From the human T2T-CHM13v2.0 reference genome, Homo sapiens, in NCBI RefSeq assembly GCF_009914755.1, contig NC_060928.1: a DNA stretch of 64,000 bases. One strand, written 5' to 3'. The notes under the pieces were generated by a model, which did no database searches, was not told the origin of the DNA, and worked only from the letters and a program-made list of their open reading frames with translations. This document shows, piece after piece, positions 11,250 to 24,048 of this stretch. A program made the translations under genes and the position numbers. Position 1 is the stretch's first letter; the number at the start of each line of letters is the position of its first letter.

Positions 11250-13221
11250 GCCTCCTTTCCTTCTCCACTCGGAACACCTTAATGATTATGCAATTCCTCT
11301 CAGGGAGCAGAACCCAGCTTGCTGGAACCGTAGGAAAGGTGCTGTTCTATTTCACCGCTCACTGCACAAGCCACTGAGCCCTGCACGCTCTCTGTGTGGT
11401 GAGTCCATCTTCACAGCTCTGCCATAGCCCACCTCAGGTGATTCATAAGTGCTTAGAAAGGAATCAACCAAGCTATGAAAAAGGAAGAAAGTCCTGACTT
11501 CTGAATCACAAAACCCAGAGCTTGAAAGTCCAGCCCCACTGCCTAACATCTGTGTGATCTCTTGAAAACTCAGCCTTTCTGTGCTCTGCTTTTCTTATCT
11601 GTAGAATGGGTTGATAACTTCTGCTTTGCAGGGCTGTAATGAGGATTTCACCAGATGACATATGTCAAAAGACCCAGCACATGGCTACAGTTAAATTGAA
11701 TTTAGTTAAATTAGAACTCCCAGAGTCTTTCTCTCCCTCTGGGAAAAAAGCATACAGCTAAGCAGGATGCAAAAGGTACAGTGCTTGTCACCCCCTGGGA
11801 GCACTAGGAGGGTCTGTGGTGAATGGCATGCCTTGGTTTCCAAGAACTGAGAGGGGGAATCCAAGGTTGGACAGAGCTGGGATGGGCACCCAGGCAGCTG
11901 TACCCCCACAGCACTGAGAAGGAGCAGACCAGACCCCGTCCTGACTGCTGGGGCTCCCAGCCTGGCAGGGAAGCAGATTTAGCTCCATGATCGATCAATG
12001 GCCTAAGAGAGACACAGGTGCTCATGTCAGAGATTTATAACGAGGCCCTGAGATGGTGCAGAGTCAGGGAAGGGCCCTCCGAAGCCCATGGTGAGTAGGA
12101 ATTATCCCGGCAGAGCTAGTGGGTGGGAAAATGTTTGGGGTGTGTGTGTGTTGGAGGGGGTGAGGGGGTTGAAGAGGGGGAGTGCAAGGCTCAGAGGTGT
12201 GAGAGGCTGGGTGGCTGAGCATGAGGGAGGGAGGCAGAGAGGGTGAGAGCCAGGCTGGAGAGGATGCGGCGCCAGCAGAACTCAGAGGGAGCATAGGCTC
12301 TGTCCAAAAGGAGAGGAGTTCTAACAGGGAGGGAGAGGCTCCAGGGTGATGGAGTATGAGCTATGAGGGTGGAGGGGTCCTGACATAAGGCTGGGAGTGG
12401 CAGGACCCATCCTGAAGAGGGAAGCAGGCCAAAGGTCTGGGGCTCAGGCCTGGGGTCAAGAGGATTTTAACAGGGAGCGAGTTCTAGAAATGCCAGGGAG
12501 GTCTGTCAAGAAGGGACAGGAGGCAGGCCAGGGTCGCACACCTCTACCATGCCACCTGCAGGGCAAACGTGAGGACTGCCATACAGCTACTGACAGCCAT
12601 GCTCATCGCAAAACAACCTCCCATCTATCCTGCAATTGGGCCTGTCTTTCCACAGGACCTAAAGCAAGAACCAAGAAATACGGCTGTCTCAACAAAGCTA
12701 GGCAGGCCATCAGAAGGACACTTGGCTCAGAGGGGCCTTGGGCAAGGGAGCCCACCTCTCAGTGCCCATCTCCACTTCTGCTGAGTTGGGACAGTGACAG
12801 CCCCCACCTGGCGAGTGGTCATGAGACTGAAATGCAACAGCGGCATCTTGCATTTGTTCACCCCAGCACCAGGCAGGCTGCAACTGGGGTTGTTACCATC
12901 ATGACTGAGAGGCGGTGTAGCATGACAGTTAAGTGCATGGTTCTGCATCCAGACAGCTTAAATCTGAATCCCAGCCCTGGCACCCCCTTTCCCCTGCACC
13001 CCCTTTCCCCGTTTGACTTTGGGTAGATTACTGAAACTTACTGTGGCTTTGTTTCCTCATCTGTAAAAGGGGGATATTAATAACGCCTACCACATAGTGT
13101 TGTTGGGAGGATTCAACCAGTTAACATCGGCAGCGTGCTCAGAACACCGTGTGACACAGCAAGTAGTGACAGTGGGGTGGGAGGTGGAGATGCTGACCTC
13201 GACGCAATGGCTCACAACGGG

Positions 13222-13242
13222 GTCAGCACCATGGACAGCGCC
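13222..13242 (+). promoter_or_regulatory. RE1/NRSE (REST binding site)
   Basis: GTCAGCACCATGGACAGCGCC matches the 21-bp consensus NTCAGCACCNNGGACAGCGCC with the canonical 2-bp spacer. Confidence 0.88.
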
Positions 13243-13316
13243 ATGGCACGCAGGAAGCCCTCAGTCATGGTGGAGGCTGACTGACCAACTGCCTGGCCTT
13301 GTGAAGGCCCCAGAGC

Positions 13317-13830
13317 AGTTGTGTGCTGGTAACTTGAACAATACCCTCTCTTCTGGGGAGGGGAGAGATTGATTTTGTAGTGTTTGTAGATATCTGTAGA
13401 AATACTACCACCAGGCCAGGTGCGGTGGCTAACGCCTGTAAACCCAGCACTTTGGGAGGTCAAGGCAGGTGGATCACGAGGTCAGGAGATCGGGACCATC
13501 CTGGCTAACACGGTGAAACCCCGTCTCTACTAAAAAATACAAAAAATTAGCCGGGCGTGGTGGTGGGCACCTGTAGCCCCAGCTACTCAGGAGGCTGAGG
13601 CAGGACAATGGCGTGAACCTGGGAGGCAGAGATTGCAGTGAGCCGAGATTGCGCCACTGCACTTCAGCCTGGGTGACACAGTGAGTCTCCATCTCAAAAA
13701 AAAAAAGAAAACAAAAAGAAAGAAATACTACCACCATGGCCAAATTCAAGCTGCCAAAGAGATGTCCATGAACATGGATTTGGGAAGAGATGTGCACACC
13801 TGGCTGTTACAAGCTGTGTGTGACCTTGTG
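13317..13830 (+). mobile_element. MER63-like hAT fossil interrupted by an Alu
   Basis: gtagaaatactaccaccatggccaaattcaagctgcca...tgggaagagatgtgcac resembles MER63 on both sides of the Alu. Confidence 0.55.
13414..13720 (+). mobile_element. AluY/AluSc-type element
   Basis: gatcacgaggtcaggagatcg..accatcctggctaacacggtg; perfect 16-bp TSD agaaatactaccacca. Confidence 0.95.
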
Positions 13831-14099
13831 TCATGCTAGCAGCTGGCAAGACACAAGGTCACACATAGCCAGATCAAGGGAGACCCGGCAAGGATAGCCC
13901 AACTGTCTAAATGAAAGCCAGTTTCAGGACACCAGTCCAGCCAAGAGAAGGGGAAACTGGTGTCCAGGAAGGTGAAGCAAACTGCCAGGGGACCACGTGG
14001 CAGGTCCAGAACAGAAGCCTCAGTGTCAATGCCTTTCCATCAAGGACTTTCTAAGGAGGCCGGGGTCCTCCCCACCTTATCCTAACACCCATCTCACTG

Positions 14100-14640
14100 T
14101 ATTACACTAGTTCCATTATTTGAGCATCTACTCTGGACCAGGCATTATTCCAGGTAGATCAAACAAGGTCCCTGCTCTCAAGAAGCTGCCAGTCCAGGAG
14201 GGAGAGGCGGGAAATGAACAGGGAACGAGGTAGAGGCCAAGCCTCTAGGGAAGGGGCTCGAGGGAGTCATGGAGGGGATGGACTAGTTCCGACAGACTGG
14301 TCAAGGAACGCCTCTTTAAGAAGGTGTCCACTGAGTGGATGAGGATGGAGAAACTTCACAGGCGGAGGGAACAGCCAGTGCAAAATGGCTCTGCTGCAGG
14401 AGATGGCTGGAAATATGGTGAAGAGCAGGGGGCCGGGAACGCTGAGCCCAGGGAGCAAAGGGAGAGAGGAGGAAGTGGGCCAGGGAGGGGCCAGGGCCAG
14501 CTCCTGCAGGGCCTTGGAGGCCAGAGAAAGGGGCGGAGTTACTTCCAGTTGGGAGAAGTTGCTGAAGGGTTCTGAGCAAGGAGTGACATGATCTTGTCGG
14601 TTTTTTTTTTCTCATGTTGTAGGAGAACAGACTGTAAGGA
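14100..14640 (-). mobile_element. L2 fragments
   Basis: ttatttgagcatctactctggaccaggca...ccctgctctcaagaagct...gggttctgagcaaggagtgacatgatc; old L2 3' motifs. Confidence 0.55.
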
Positions 14641-17600
14641 GACACCTGGGGAAACACAGCTAATGAAGCAATGATGCTGCAGCTCGGTGATTTGCCAGGC
14701 ACTGCCCTAAAGGCTTCCCAGATGTCATCGTAGCACCCAGTCCTCAAGCAGCCGTATGGTGTCAGCAGGGGCTTTTCCTCGCTTTACAGGTGAGGAGCTG
14801 AGGCACAGAGAACCCAAGTGAGCTGCCCGAGGCCGCGGAGTCCCTATGTCTTGGGGCCAAGGTCTGAGCCCTGGCAGTCTGGCTCCTAGACCTAAGAAGG
14901 GAGGCCAGTCAGGTCACCATCATGATCAGAGTGAGACAGTGGCCTAAACACATGCTGGGGGCAGACAGGCAGGTGGGCTCTGGGTGCATTTGGACGATGG
15001 GATCACAGGACTCATCGAGGCTTGAGCAAGAAGAAGACTATCTTTTTGCTCACCTAGAAAGTTCACCTGGATAGCATCAGGATCCCCATTCACTCAGAAA
15101 GTGCCTTTGTGCCAATTATGAAAAGACAGCTCTTCCTTGCAGAACTGAAAAACAAAAAAGTCCCTTCTTCCCAAGGTGCTTGGCTTGGATCATCACCTCT
15201 TTTGGGCAGCAGACAACCCATACAACTGTACTCGCAGGCCCTGGCAGAGACCCTGTCTGCTTCCCTAGCACCAAGTCCAATGCTCAACACAGAGAAGACT
15301 CTCGGCCAATGCTGCTGAATCAACCAATGAATGCACAGAACCGTGGGCAGGTAGTGGCAGAGCTGGAGTAAGAACCCAGGGGTCCAGACTCCCAGCCATC
15401 AGTGGTATGTATCTGACATGCCGTGAACAGAGCATTTCTGAGCAGGGCATCCCAGTTTCCTTCTCTGTAAATTAGCACCAAGGGCAGGAAGAAGAGGTGG
15501 CCTGTAAGGTACCCGACAGTGGGTCATGTGCTGGTGAGGGTTGCTTGTCTACACGGCACCAGGCCCCATACTCATCGGCCATTCCACCTTTACAGCTCCT
15601 GGTAAAGGAGACACACTCCCATGGGATAAAGGGGGTGCAGAAAGACTGAGTGACTGATCAGGGTCAGTGGCAGAGGCAGGGGTAGAGCCTGGGCTCAGGG
15701 TCCCTTGGCCCAGCACAGAGTCTGCATGCAGAGGGACTGTGTCTGCTCCCTCCTTTGTTCTCTGCACAGAAGACAAGCTGAGTCTTCAGGCAGGCATGGG
15801 CTGATGAAGGTTCTGAGCCTCCTGCGGTGAATGGCTGCACCCCCCTCCAGCCCACCCGGCCGTGCGGACCTGCTCTGTAAATGGGAATTAGAAATTCTCC
15901 AGGCCGAGGCTTGGTGTGATGCCAGTTCCCACCGTGAGAAATCACTAAGGGAGAGAAAAATCAATCGAACCGTCTTTTAAATTCTCTGGGTGCTAAAAAT
16001 AAAGCAGAGGTCCATCCGCTGAGACCTCCTGTGCAATTTGTTACCTTTAAGATGCATCAGACTCAAGAAAAATCACCCAGTGCTGTGTTAACAGTCTCAA
16101 AATGTTGGTATTAAAGGACGCGAGAGGTTGCTTAAACAGACGTTGAAACTGCACCGTGGAAAACGGAGTTTTAACCATCAGAGATGCAGGGATTTTATGA
16201 GAACCAATCTTAAATGTTTGAAGGGCTGTTGTTTAAGAGACAAAATAAACCATCCTCTTGCTGGGCTCCAATTAGGCACCAGGCTCTTTATGTGAAAGAT
16301 TTCTTTATTCCTTACAAATATCCTTATAAAAGGGAATTTTCTGATTTTATATTCAGGGAAGCTGATGGCCCAGCAGGCTGAGCAATGGGTCTCAGCCCAG
16401 GCCCGCCAGGGCCCAAAGCCCGGGCTCCTTCTCCTGCACTTTAGGGTCTGGGGTCTCTGATTCCCCAGGCGCCCAGATCAAAAAGGAGGTGTCTGTATCC
16501 TAAGACCACATGGAAGTGGTGAACTTCCAGCCCACTCCACCTACAACCGTTCATAAGTACCTCCTATCGCCAAGTCCTATGTGGAGCAGGGGATGCAGAG
16601 AGGCCTCACCCTGGGTTCCTAATCTCAGGGCTTCCACCATAAAATGGAGGAGGCTGTCACAGTAACAAAACACTCAGTGTGACCGGGGGCAGCCAAGGAG
16701 CCGCAGGCTTAGAGGGGCTCTGACCAGCCTAGGAGGGGTGTGGCAGGGACAGGTCAGAGGCTGTCCCAGATAATGGGCTGTGAGATGCTGCAAGTGGGCA
16801 AACAGGAGTCAGCCAGGCCAAAGAGGCAGATGGCATGGTCAGGAGAAGGGATGGCGGATGGCAGTGCTCCACCCCACCCTGCCCCATGCCAGGGACCCAG
16901 CAGCTGAAGGAGTGAGCCAGTGTGACCCGAGAGGTGGGCAGGGGCTGGTCACCAAAGGCACAGGGCACTGTGGAGGGGCTCAGGCTTCCTCCAGAAGCCA
17001 GAGGGGAACCCGTGAGAGTTTTAAGGGGGGCTGACATGGTCAGACCAGAGGTTCCGATGAGCCAATTTCACAGCTGTGCAGAAGGCTCTGGGCAGGACAG
17101 GGCGGGATTCAGGCAAGTGTCTGGGGAGAGTAGAGAGGGCTGGGCACCTCTTTCCATTCTGAGGGTGAGAGAGAGGGAGGAGGCTGGGAGGGCTCCTCTT
17201 CCTTGAACCTTGGTGACTACACCGAGACAGGTCACAGAGCCTCAGTATCACCAGGCTCCCTCCCTCCAGCAGAGATGTCCTCTGAGTCACCTTTCTCATT
17301 GTCCAATAGTCAAAGCAATGCCCTCTTTTTCTCCTTTACTAAGAAACATTTTCCTTTCTCTTGATATGGTTACTAAAAGTCCATTTTGCTGAGACGGGAA
17401 GTGTTAGTGATTGGACTTAGGAGATGCGACATGGTGGAAAACCTCCAGTGGGCACGGAGGACTGAACAGTGTCATCGGGCCGAGTGAGGACCCCAGAGAG
17501 CAGGGGTCAGAAGGATGCAAACCCCAAGTCCAGCCCAAGCCTTCCCCTGGCTCTGCGCGGACACAGGCCTCCTGACCCTGGGTTTTTCTTGTCAGGACTC

Positions 17601-19249
17601 ATCAGAACTGTCACCCTCTGACAGCCAGAATCCACCCCACTGAGACTTGCTTAGAAGGTATCTCAAACATTCAGAGCAATTCCCAGCTCCGCATGGGGTC
17701 TCAGCTGCCTTTCTGGCCTCCTCCCATGTCAGAAATGAAACGCCTCCTCTCATTACTCGGCTGCTATCAGTCCTCATCGCAGCACCTGCAGCCCACAGTC
17801 CTCACACTTTCTCTGCCAAGTAAGGCTTCTCTCTGTGGTGTGAGCCCTGGATCTGTGTCTTGTCACTGCAGCAGCACCCCATGGGGAGCCAAGCGGCAAC
17901 AGGCCATGGGGAGCACCAGGTGCACTGAGGTTCCCCAATGAATAGATCCAATCGGGGAGGTTTCCATGGCCACCATGTGCCCCTGGAGACTCCACTCAAC
18001 TCCTGCCAAATGCCTAAGTTGCCCTATCAGGGCTGCCTCAAGCCCAGCTCAGAATCTTGTTCATGCTATAGACACACACTCCTCTATCACTAAGGCCAGG
18101 GTGCTTTATGTTTTGATGAATTAATAATCATTTTCACAGAATGGGAAGTTACACAGAGATCTGACACTGAGTTACACGGCAGGGTGTGCGGCCAGGGATG
18201 TTCCCAGGATCCACAGGGGCCCCCGATCTGCTGACACTCCTCCCTTGTCACTGTCCCTCACCTGGCTCAGATTCTTTGGTCAATAATCATTATTTTCACT
18301 CTCTTGCACACACCATCAGCTCCGTGTCTACATCCTCACTTGGCAAAAACCACACCCCTGGCTTACCCTCCACCGACCTGAGGCCTGCAGCCAGCAGCAG
18401 GCGTGGCTGGAGAGAAATGTACACGGCTGCGCTGGCTGGGCCACCGACTCCCTGTAGCACCCACGGACCACCTGCTCCAATGCCGGGTATTTTACCAATG
18501 GTTTATCACGTGTCCACTCCTGGAGGCAGAATCTTTATCTAGTTCCAGCATCACCCAAGAGGGCTGGCACACAGTAGGTGCTTAATAAATACCTGCTGGT
18601 AAATGGTGTGCTCTGCAACATGCGGACAGGGCACAATCTGTGTGTTCGGGACGGGACAGGAGGCAAGGCTCACGGTAACGGCCAGGGAGGACTTTGCAGT
18701 CCTGGGATGAACCAACCCCCTTTTCTTCTTTACAGCCAACCTGTCTGAATGTCTTGTGGCCACCCCGATCCAAAACTGGTTATGATACAATCCAAATCTA
18801 TGACACCTCCATCCTTACAATCTCATTCCTCCACCGCCTCCCACCCGTGGCCACGCTCTGGCCCTGCCTCTCACTCTCTCTCCCCGGGTCTCCTTGCTGG
18901 TTCCCAAGCCGCCAGCCTTGTCTGCTGGAATCCAATCCACCCACGACACACACCCACGACATACACACCTCCAAAGCTGGCTAGTGACACGCCCCTGTTT
19001 ACAGTACATCAATAGCTTCATAGTTTCCCGTTCCCTGGAAGCAGGCAGGTGGGAAGTCGGCACAGCCTCCAGTAATGTAATATAGATGCAGACGGGGAGA
19101 CAGGATTCAATCCTTCTGATGAATGAAGGGGGATGTCTCTGTTTTGCACTCTCCCCCTTAACATTGAAGCACATGTTTACCTCCATCTTTTCAGAGAGAA
19201 CCAGCTTCAGGGTCTAAGGGCAACCTGGAGAGAGGCTGCAGCGTCCTTG

Positions 19250-19445
19250 TTCAGTAGCCACTGGCCACATGTGGCTATTTCGTTTGAAGTATGATTAACT
19301 GGAACTAAATCAAATTAACGATGTCGCTCCTCAGTCACCAAGCCACGTTTTAGGCACTCAGCAGGCACATGGGGCTGGTGGCTGCCGCCCCATGAGTGCA
19401 GACGAAGCAGTCTACTACCACAGAAAGTTCCAACAGACAGGGCTG
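19250..19445 (-). mobile_element. MER3-like hAT fossil
   Basis: gtagccactggccacatgtggctatt...tcctcagtcaccaagccacgtttt...cacagaaagttc. Confidence 0.6.
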
Positions 19446-21704
19446 AGCCTGTATTTTATTCCCACCATTTTGTGTGCACAGCCGTTATGGTTGAGGCTAC
19501 CTCCTATTTATGGTATGTGATACTTTAACTTATCATGGTGAAATTCAATTCCCTTTCAAAAGAAAATTACTTCGGCAAAAATAAAGCAACTTGACTTAAA
19601 GAAAACAATTTTTTTTAAATGGGAAAAGTAAAGGGAAGCACACGTGGCATGTGGAGGCAGGCACAGCTGTGGGGGGTTTTGTGAATGACTGGCATTCGGG
19701 GCCCCTACCCCAAGAGAAAGCCCCCTGCCTGCACCATCCACAGTGCCACAGCTCCGGCACCTTCTGCCTCCTCATGCATCCGCCTCCTGCACACCCATGC
19801 CCTCAGGCAGCCTCCTCGAGCCCAGGGAGCTTCCTACCGAAATTCCTTCTCTGGCTTCCTTGGCGGCCCCCACAGCAGCTTGTCCAGACCCTGGGCTACA
19901 GCAAGGATGACTCCCTCACTTCCACTGCCATGGCGGGGCTGTGTCCCCCAGCAGCCCCTGAGCCCTCCAGGGAAGGGTTGAGTTTCTCCCATTCATCCCC
20001 ATGTCCCTAGGGCTCAGTGTGGGCCTGGGAGTAGAAAGGCGTGGGGAATGAATGGTTGAATAAATGAAATGAAGCAGCATCCCTTCCATACTCTAGGGCT
20101 TTATGGTTCTTTAGAAAGGGTTTCGGCATCCATAGTGTCACGGAATCCTCACAGCAGCCCAGACAGGAAAACCGAGCAGCAATTACCATCCCCACCCAAG
20201 TCCGGCAGGAAGGAAGCAGGTGCTCGAGAAGGGTGGCTGCCACTGTCCCAGGGCTGCAGGGGGCAGGCCGAGGCCAGGGCAAAAGCCCTGGACCAGGCAT
20301 GGAGGCCCGAGCATGAGCTCTGGCTCTGCCCCTGCCAACTGGGGACTCTGGGCCAGTCCCTCATCTCCCCCAGCCTCCGTTTCCTCATCTGTGAAATGGG
20401 GTGATCATCAAATTACCACTGTCTCTGAGCACCAAGTGAGACAACGAACGGCAGGCTGATTTGTAAACTGTACGGTACGGTCCAGGCCGCTCAGTGAGCC
20501 CCACACCCTCCCCATTTGCAGACCTGGAGCTCCTGCTAGGAGACCGCCCCTCCCCCACATCCAGGGGTTGGGGGCGGAGCTGACTCCCTCCAGCACCAGG
20601 GAGAGGTACAGGAGTCCGGCCTGGCCAATCACAACAAGGCATTCACCCCCAATTAGAGCCCACAAGATGCCATTTAGGGTCCTAGTGGGACAGTTCAGAG
20701 AGAACTGGTCTCGTTTCTCCTGGACTTTATTCTGGGAGGGTGGGGCCCCAACTACTGGCACCTGAGATTGAAACACAGAAGACAGCAGAGGCAATCAGCC
20801 CAGAGAGCCATCACCCACGATGCTCCAGCCCCTGAAGCCACCTGGCCCGCAGCTCTCTTACAGTTATCCACATCAAACATGCTCGTGCAGCAGAAAGAGT
20901 CTAACCAACTGCTGCTATGAGCACTGTGGACTGGTGGGGCCCGATGTCCTTTCGGCTTCAGTGGAGGGTCAGACAGATGTCCAGCCCAGCCCTCTATGTC
21001 CAGAGAAATCTGAGCTTCAAGCCTTCAAAGCAGCTCAGGTCCCAATCCTTCCTGGAACCTTCCTGGCTGGCCCAATCCAGCCTCCCAGCTCTGGGCACTC
21101 CATGCCTTTGGGACAAGAGAAGGGAGAGAGATGCTGATGCTTCCTGATACCCACCAAGTGCTGACTTAGGGTTCGGCACATCACACATAGGGGCTCACTG
21201 ACGGCACCCCACAGGTCTATGAGGAGGCATGATTGAAAAGACGGAGTCTCGGAGAGGGAGGTGAGTGTACTCACCCAGGGTCACAAAGCTTGAAGGTGGC
21301 AGTCAGACCCAAACAGACTTTCTGCCTCCGAAGCCCACACATGTGCCCCGCACCCTCTGGCTGGCTCAGGGGACATCCAACGCTTTGCTCTGTTCCCTTC
21401 CCGCTGTTTTCCAAGGGTCTCCCTGCCCAGGGGTCTCTGGCTGTGCCTGGATCTCAGACCACAAAAGCCATTTGTTACTCTCTTTCACCCTTCCTGGAAT
21501 GCTCCCTGCCTCCCCTGCTCCCCACAGCTATCCCGGCTTCTACTGCTCCGAGGGACACAGCCCACTCCTGACCACTGCTGGGTGCCCAGGCTGCCTGGAG
21601 TCGGGAGGCCATCCAGTTGCATGGAGGCTCTCAGGAGGGTCTTCCCACCCCTTCCAAGACACACCTGGGTGGCATCCTCCACAAAGGGCAGTGTGGTATG
21701 GAGG

Positions 21705-21925
21705 TTAGAAGCGGGGACTCTGGGGCCTGAGGGCCTGGGTTTCAGGCCCAGCTTTGACACTTGCTGGCTGTGAGCTTTGAGCAAGTTAACTTGAGTGCTC
21801 TGTGACTCAGTTTCCTCATCTGTAAAGGAGACTTAGAATAGTACCTACCTCATAGGGTTGTTGTGAAGGTGAAATGAGTTAAAATGAATGCTTGTTGATG
21901 TTAGTCACAGAGCCTGGCACACAGA
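21705..21925 (+). mobile_element. MIR SINE
   Basis: ctgtgagctttgagcaagttaact...ctcagtttcctcatctgtaaa...acctacctcatagggttgttgtga MIR core. Confidence 0.8.
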
Positions 21926-22630
21926 GTCTCACTGTGTGTTATTATAATTATTATTATCATTGGTTGTATGCAGAATAGTGACATCACAGCAACCTGCCTG
22001 CCCGCCCACCAGCCCCCCGGCAGGCCAAGCCTCGCCCTGCCTGCAGGCTGGTGCTCATGTCATCACCAGCTCTCTTCCCAGCAGTCGGCGGGAATCGTCA
22101 ATGCTGCTGCTTCCCCTAGCTTGCCCTGACACAGGAGAACACCGAGCAGGGGGCCCTCAGGACCCCAACCCAGCTGGGCTTCTGACACCCTGGTTGTCAC
22201 CCGAAGCCCTGGCCGGGGCCCCAGTGCTGGTCCTCCTATGCTAACACAGCCTGCCTTGGGTCCCAGTGGGGAGGGCCCCGAGGCGCCTTCAGTGGACGCT
22301 GAGCAAGGCCAGCAGTCCCTCGTCCAGAGCAGCTGAACCCTGAACTCTGTCTCCTTCCTGGCCCCTTGTGAGGCCCTAGGATGAGGGGATCATGGCCATG
22401 CTGGAGGAGGCGATGGGTGCAATGCTCAGCAACCACGACTTTGCGGTTTTCAGAAACAGACGTGACATGATTTTGTATCTGGGCCTCACACGCATACTAG
22501 GAGCCAGAGGTGCCTCACTGAAGAAGTTAAACAATGCAGCCATCCCCAAACCAGCTGTCTGCCAATCAAACCAAACCCACCACCCAACGGAAGCTACTCT
22601 GCCCGTGGGAGGCACTGGCCAGGCCACAGT

Positions 22631-22639
22631 GAAGGATAC
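22631..22639 (-). other. U12-type (minor spliceosome) 5' splice site GTATCCTTC
   Basis: Plus strand gaaggatac lies immediately past the exon 5 end; exact match to the U12 donor consensus RTATCCTT. Confidence 0.92.
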
Positions 22640-22817
22640 TGAAGCTCCTGTCGGTGATGGCCAGGTGCCAGAGGTTGATGCGCAGGTCATCCGCCGACAT
22701 GTAGGTCTCGCAGTCACTGTTGACGGAGATGGAGTTGATGTGGTAGGTGTGGCCATTGGCAAAGATCCTCCGAGGGCTCACCTCCACCATCAGATCCATG
22801 GGCTTCAGCACTGGCAC
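22640..22817 (-). CDS. PPP2R2C: PPP2R2C coding exon 5 (178 bp; [59 protein letters not shown])
   Basis: B55 signature [15 protein letters not shown]...[10 protein letters not shown]; acceptor ctctgcAG; donor A|GTATCCTT. Confidence 0.98.
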
Positions 22818-23097
22818 CTGCAGAGGATGAGGAGGCAGGGAAGAGGTGAAGGCCAGGTGGTGGCATCAGGACATAGCATGCCGTGAGCATGTGATCCCAA
22901 CCGGAGGCTGGAACACAGGGGTGGGCGTCCATCCTGATCCTCCGTGGTCTGAAATAGGCAGTGACAGATGGCAAATGCCCGCCGCCCACCAGCCCTGCAA
23001 GAGAGGCATGGATGCTTACCTGCTGTGGGTCTGTGAATAAGTGGCTGAACCCTCCTATACCCCAATTTCCTCAACTCTAAAATGAAACAAAAAGATA

Positions 23098-23495
23098 CTG
23101 TGGCAGAGCCAGCCAATTGTCTGCCAGGCCTCCTCACCTCCTCCTGCAATGCAGTGCTGTCACTGGGAAACAGCTGTCTACATGTGGACTACATTTCCCA
23201 GCAGCCTTTGTGCCCAGACATGGCCACATGACTAGTTCTGACCAATGGGATGTGAGCAAAGTGATACCTGGCCCTGATGCAGCTAAGCAGCGGGAGCACC
23301 TTCCCCACCTGGAAGGTGAGGACCCAAGCCTTAGGGACTGAGACTCATGGGATGGGGATGGAAGGATCCTGCAGGAGAGCTGTGTCCCAACCAGCACATC
23401 CACATCGAACCTTCCCATAGTGAGAAATGCATTTCCGTGCTCGGCCCTGGACTGCTGGTGTTGTTTTGTTACAGCGGTGGAGTTAGCCTGACTCA
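23098..23495 (+). mobile_element. Old MaLR LTR (MLT1J/I-like)
   Basis: actacatttcccagcagccttt...tggccacatgactagttctgaccaatgggatgtgagcaaagtga...tttgttacagc. Confidence 0.65.
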
Positions 23496-23913
23496 TACGA
23501 ACTTTCATCTCAGACAGTTGGTGCGAGGAGTCCTTGCCATGGCATCAGACACTGAGCTTTCACAGCCCTGAAGGTCCCTTGCACAGCCCTGACCAACCCT
23601 GAGGCTGTCAACTGGTCCCATCAGCTTTCCCAGTGGACTAGGGATCAGCTACGGGAGCAAGGCGTCACCTCTTGTTTATCTCTCCATCTCTCTAGCGCTC
23701 AGTCCAAGGCCTAGCAGAGAGACTCTCCAGTGAATGAGTGAATGTGTGAGAGAATGAATGAATGGGCTGTGTCCCTGAGCTCTCAGGGAACAGCTGAGAT
23801 GGGAGGTGACAGCCTCGGTGCTGCAGTCGGAGTGACAAGCACTGAGCTCCTTTGGAGCAGAGGCAGCTCTGCAGCCCACGTTAAATTTTCCCACACACCA
23901 GGGCACCCAGCCT

Positions 23914-24017
23914 GTGTGTGTGGGAGTGTGCATGGCTGAGAGTTCATGTATGAGTGTGTGCATATGAGTGTGCATGTGAGTGTGCATGCATGACTGAGTA
24001 TACGTGTATGTGCATGC

Positions 24018-24047
<30 letters not shown>
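23914..24047. repeat. (TG)n-rich simple repeat
   Basis: Degenerate TG/CATG tract ending in a pure (TG) run at ~24020-24045. Confidence 0.9.

Positions 24048-24048
<1 letters not shown>

Noticed and set aside
22392-22886. 164-aa plus-strand ORF overlapping exon 5
   Set aside because: Antisense shadow of a GC-rich coding exon; no independent support
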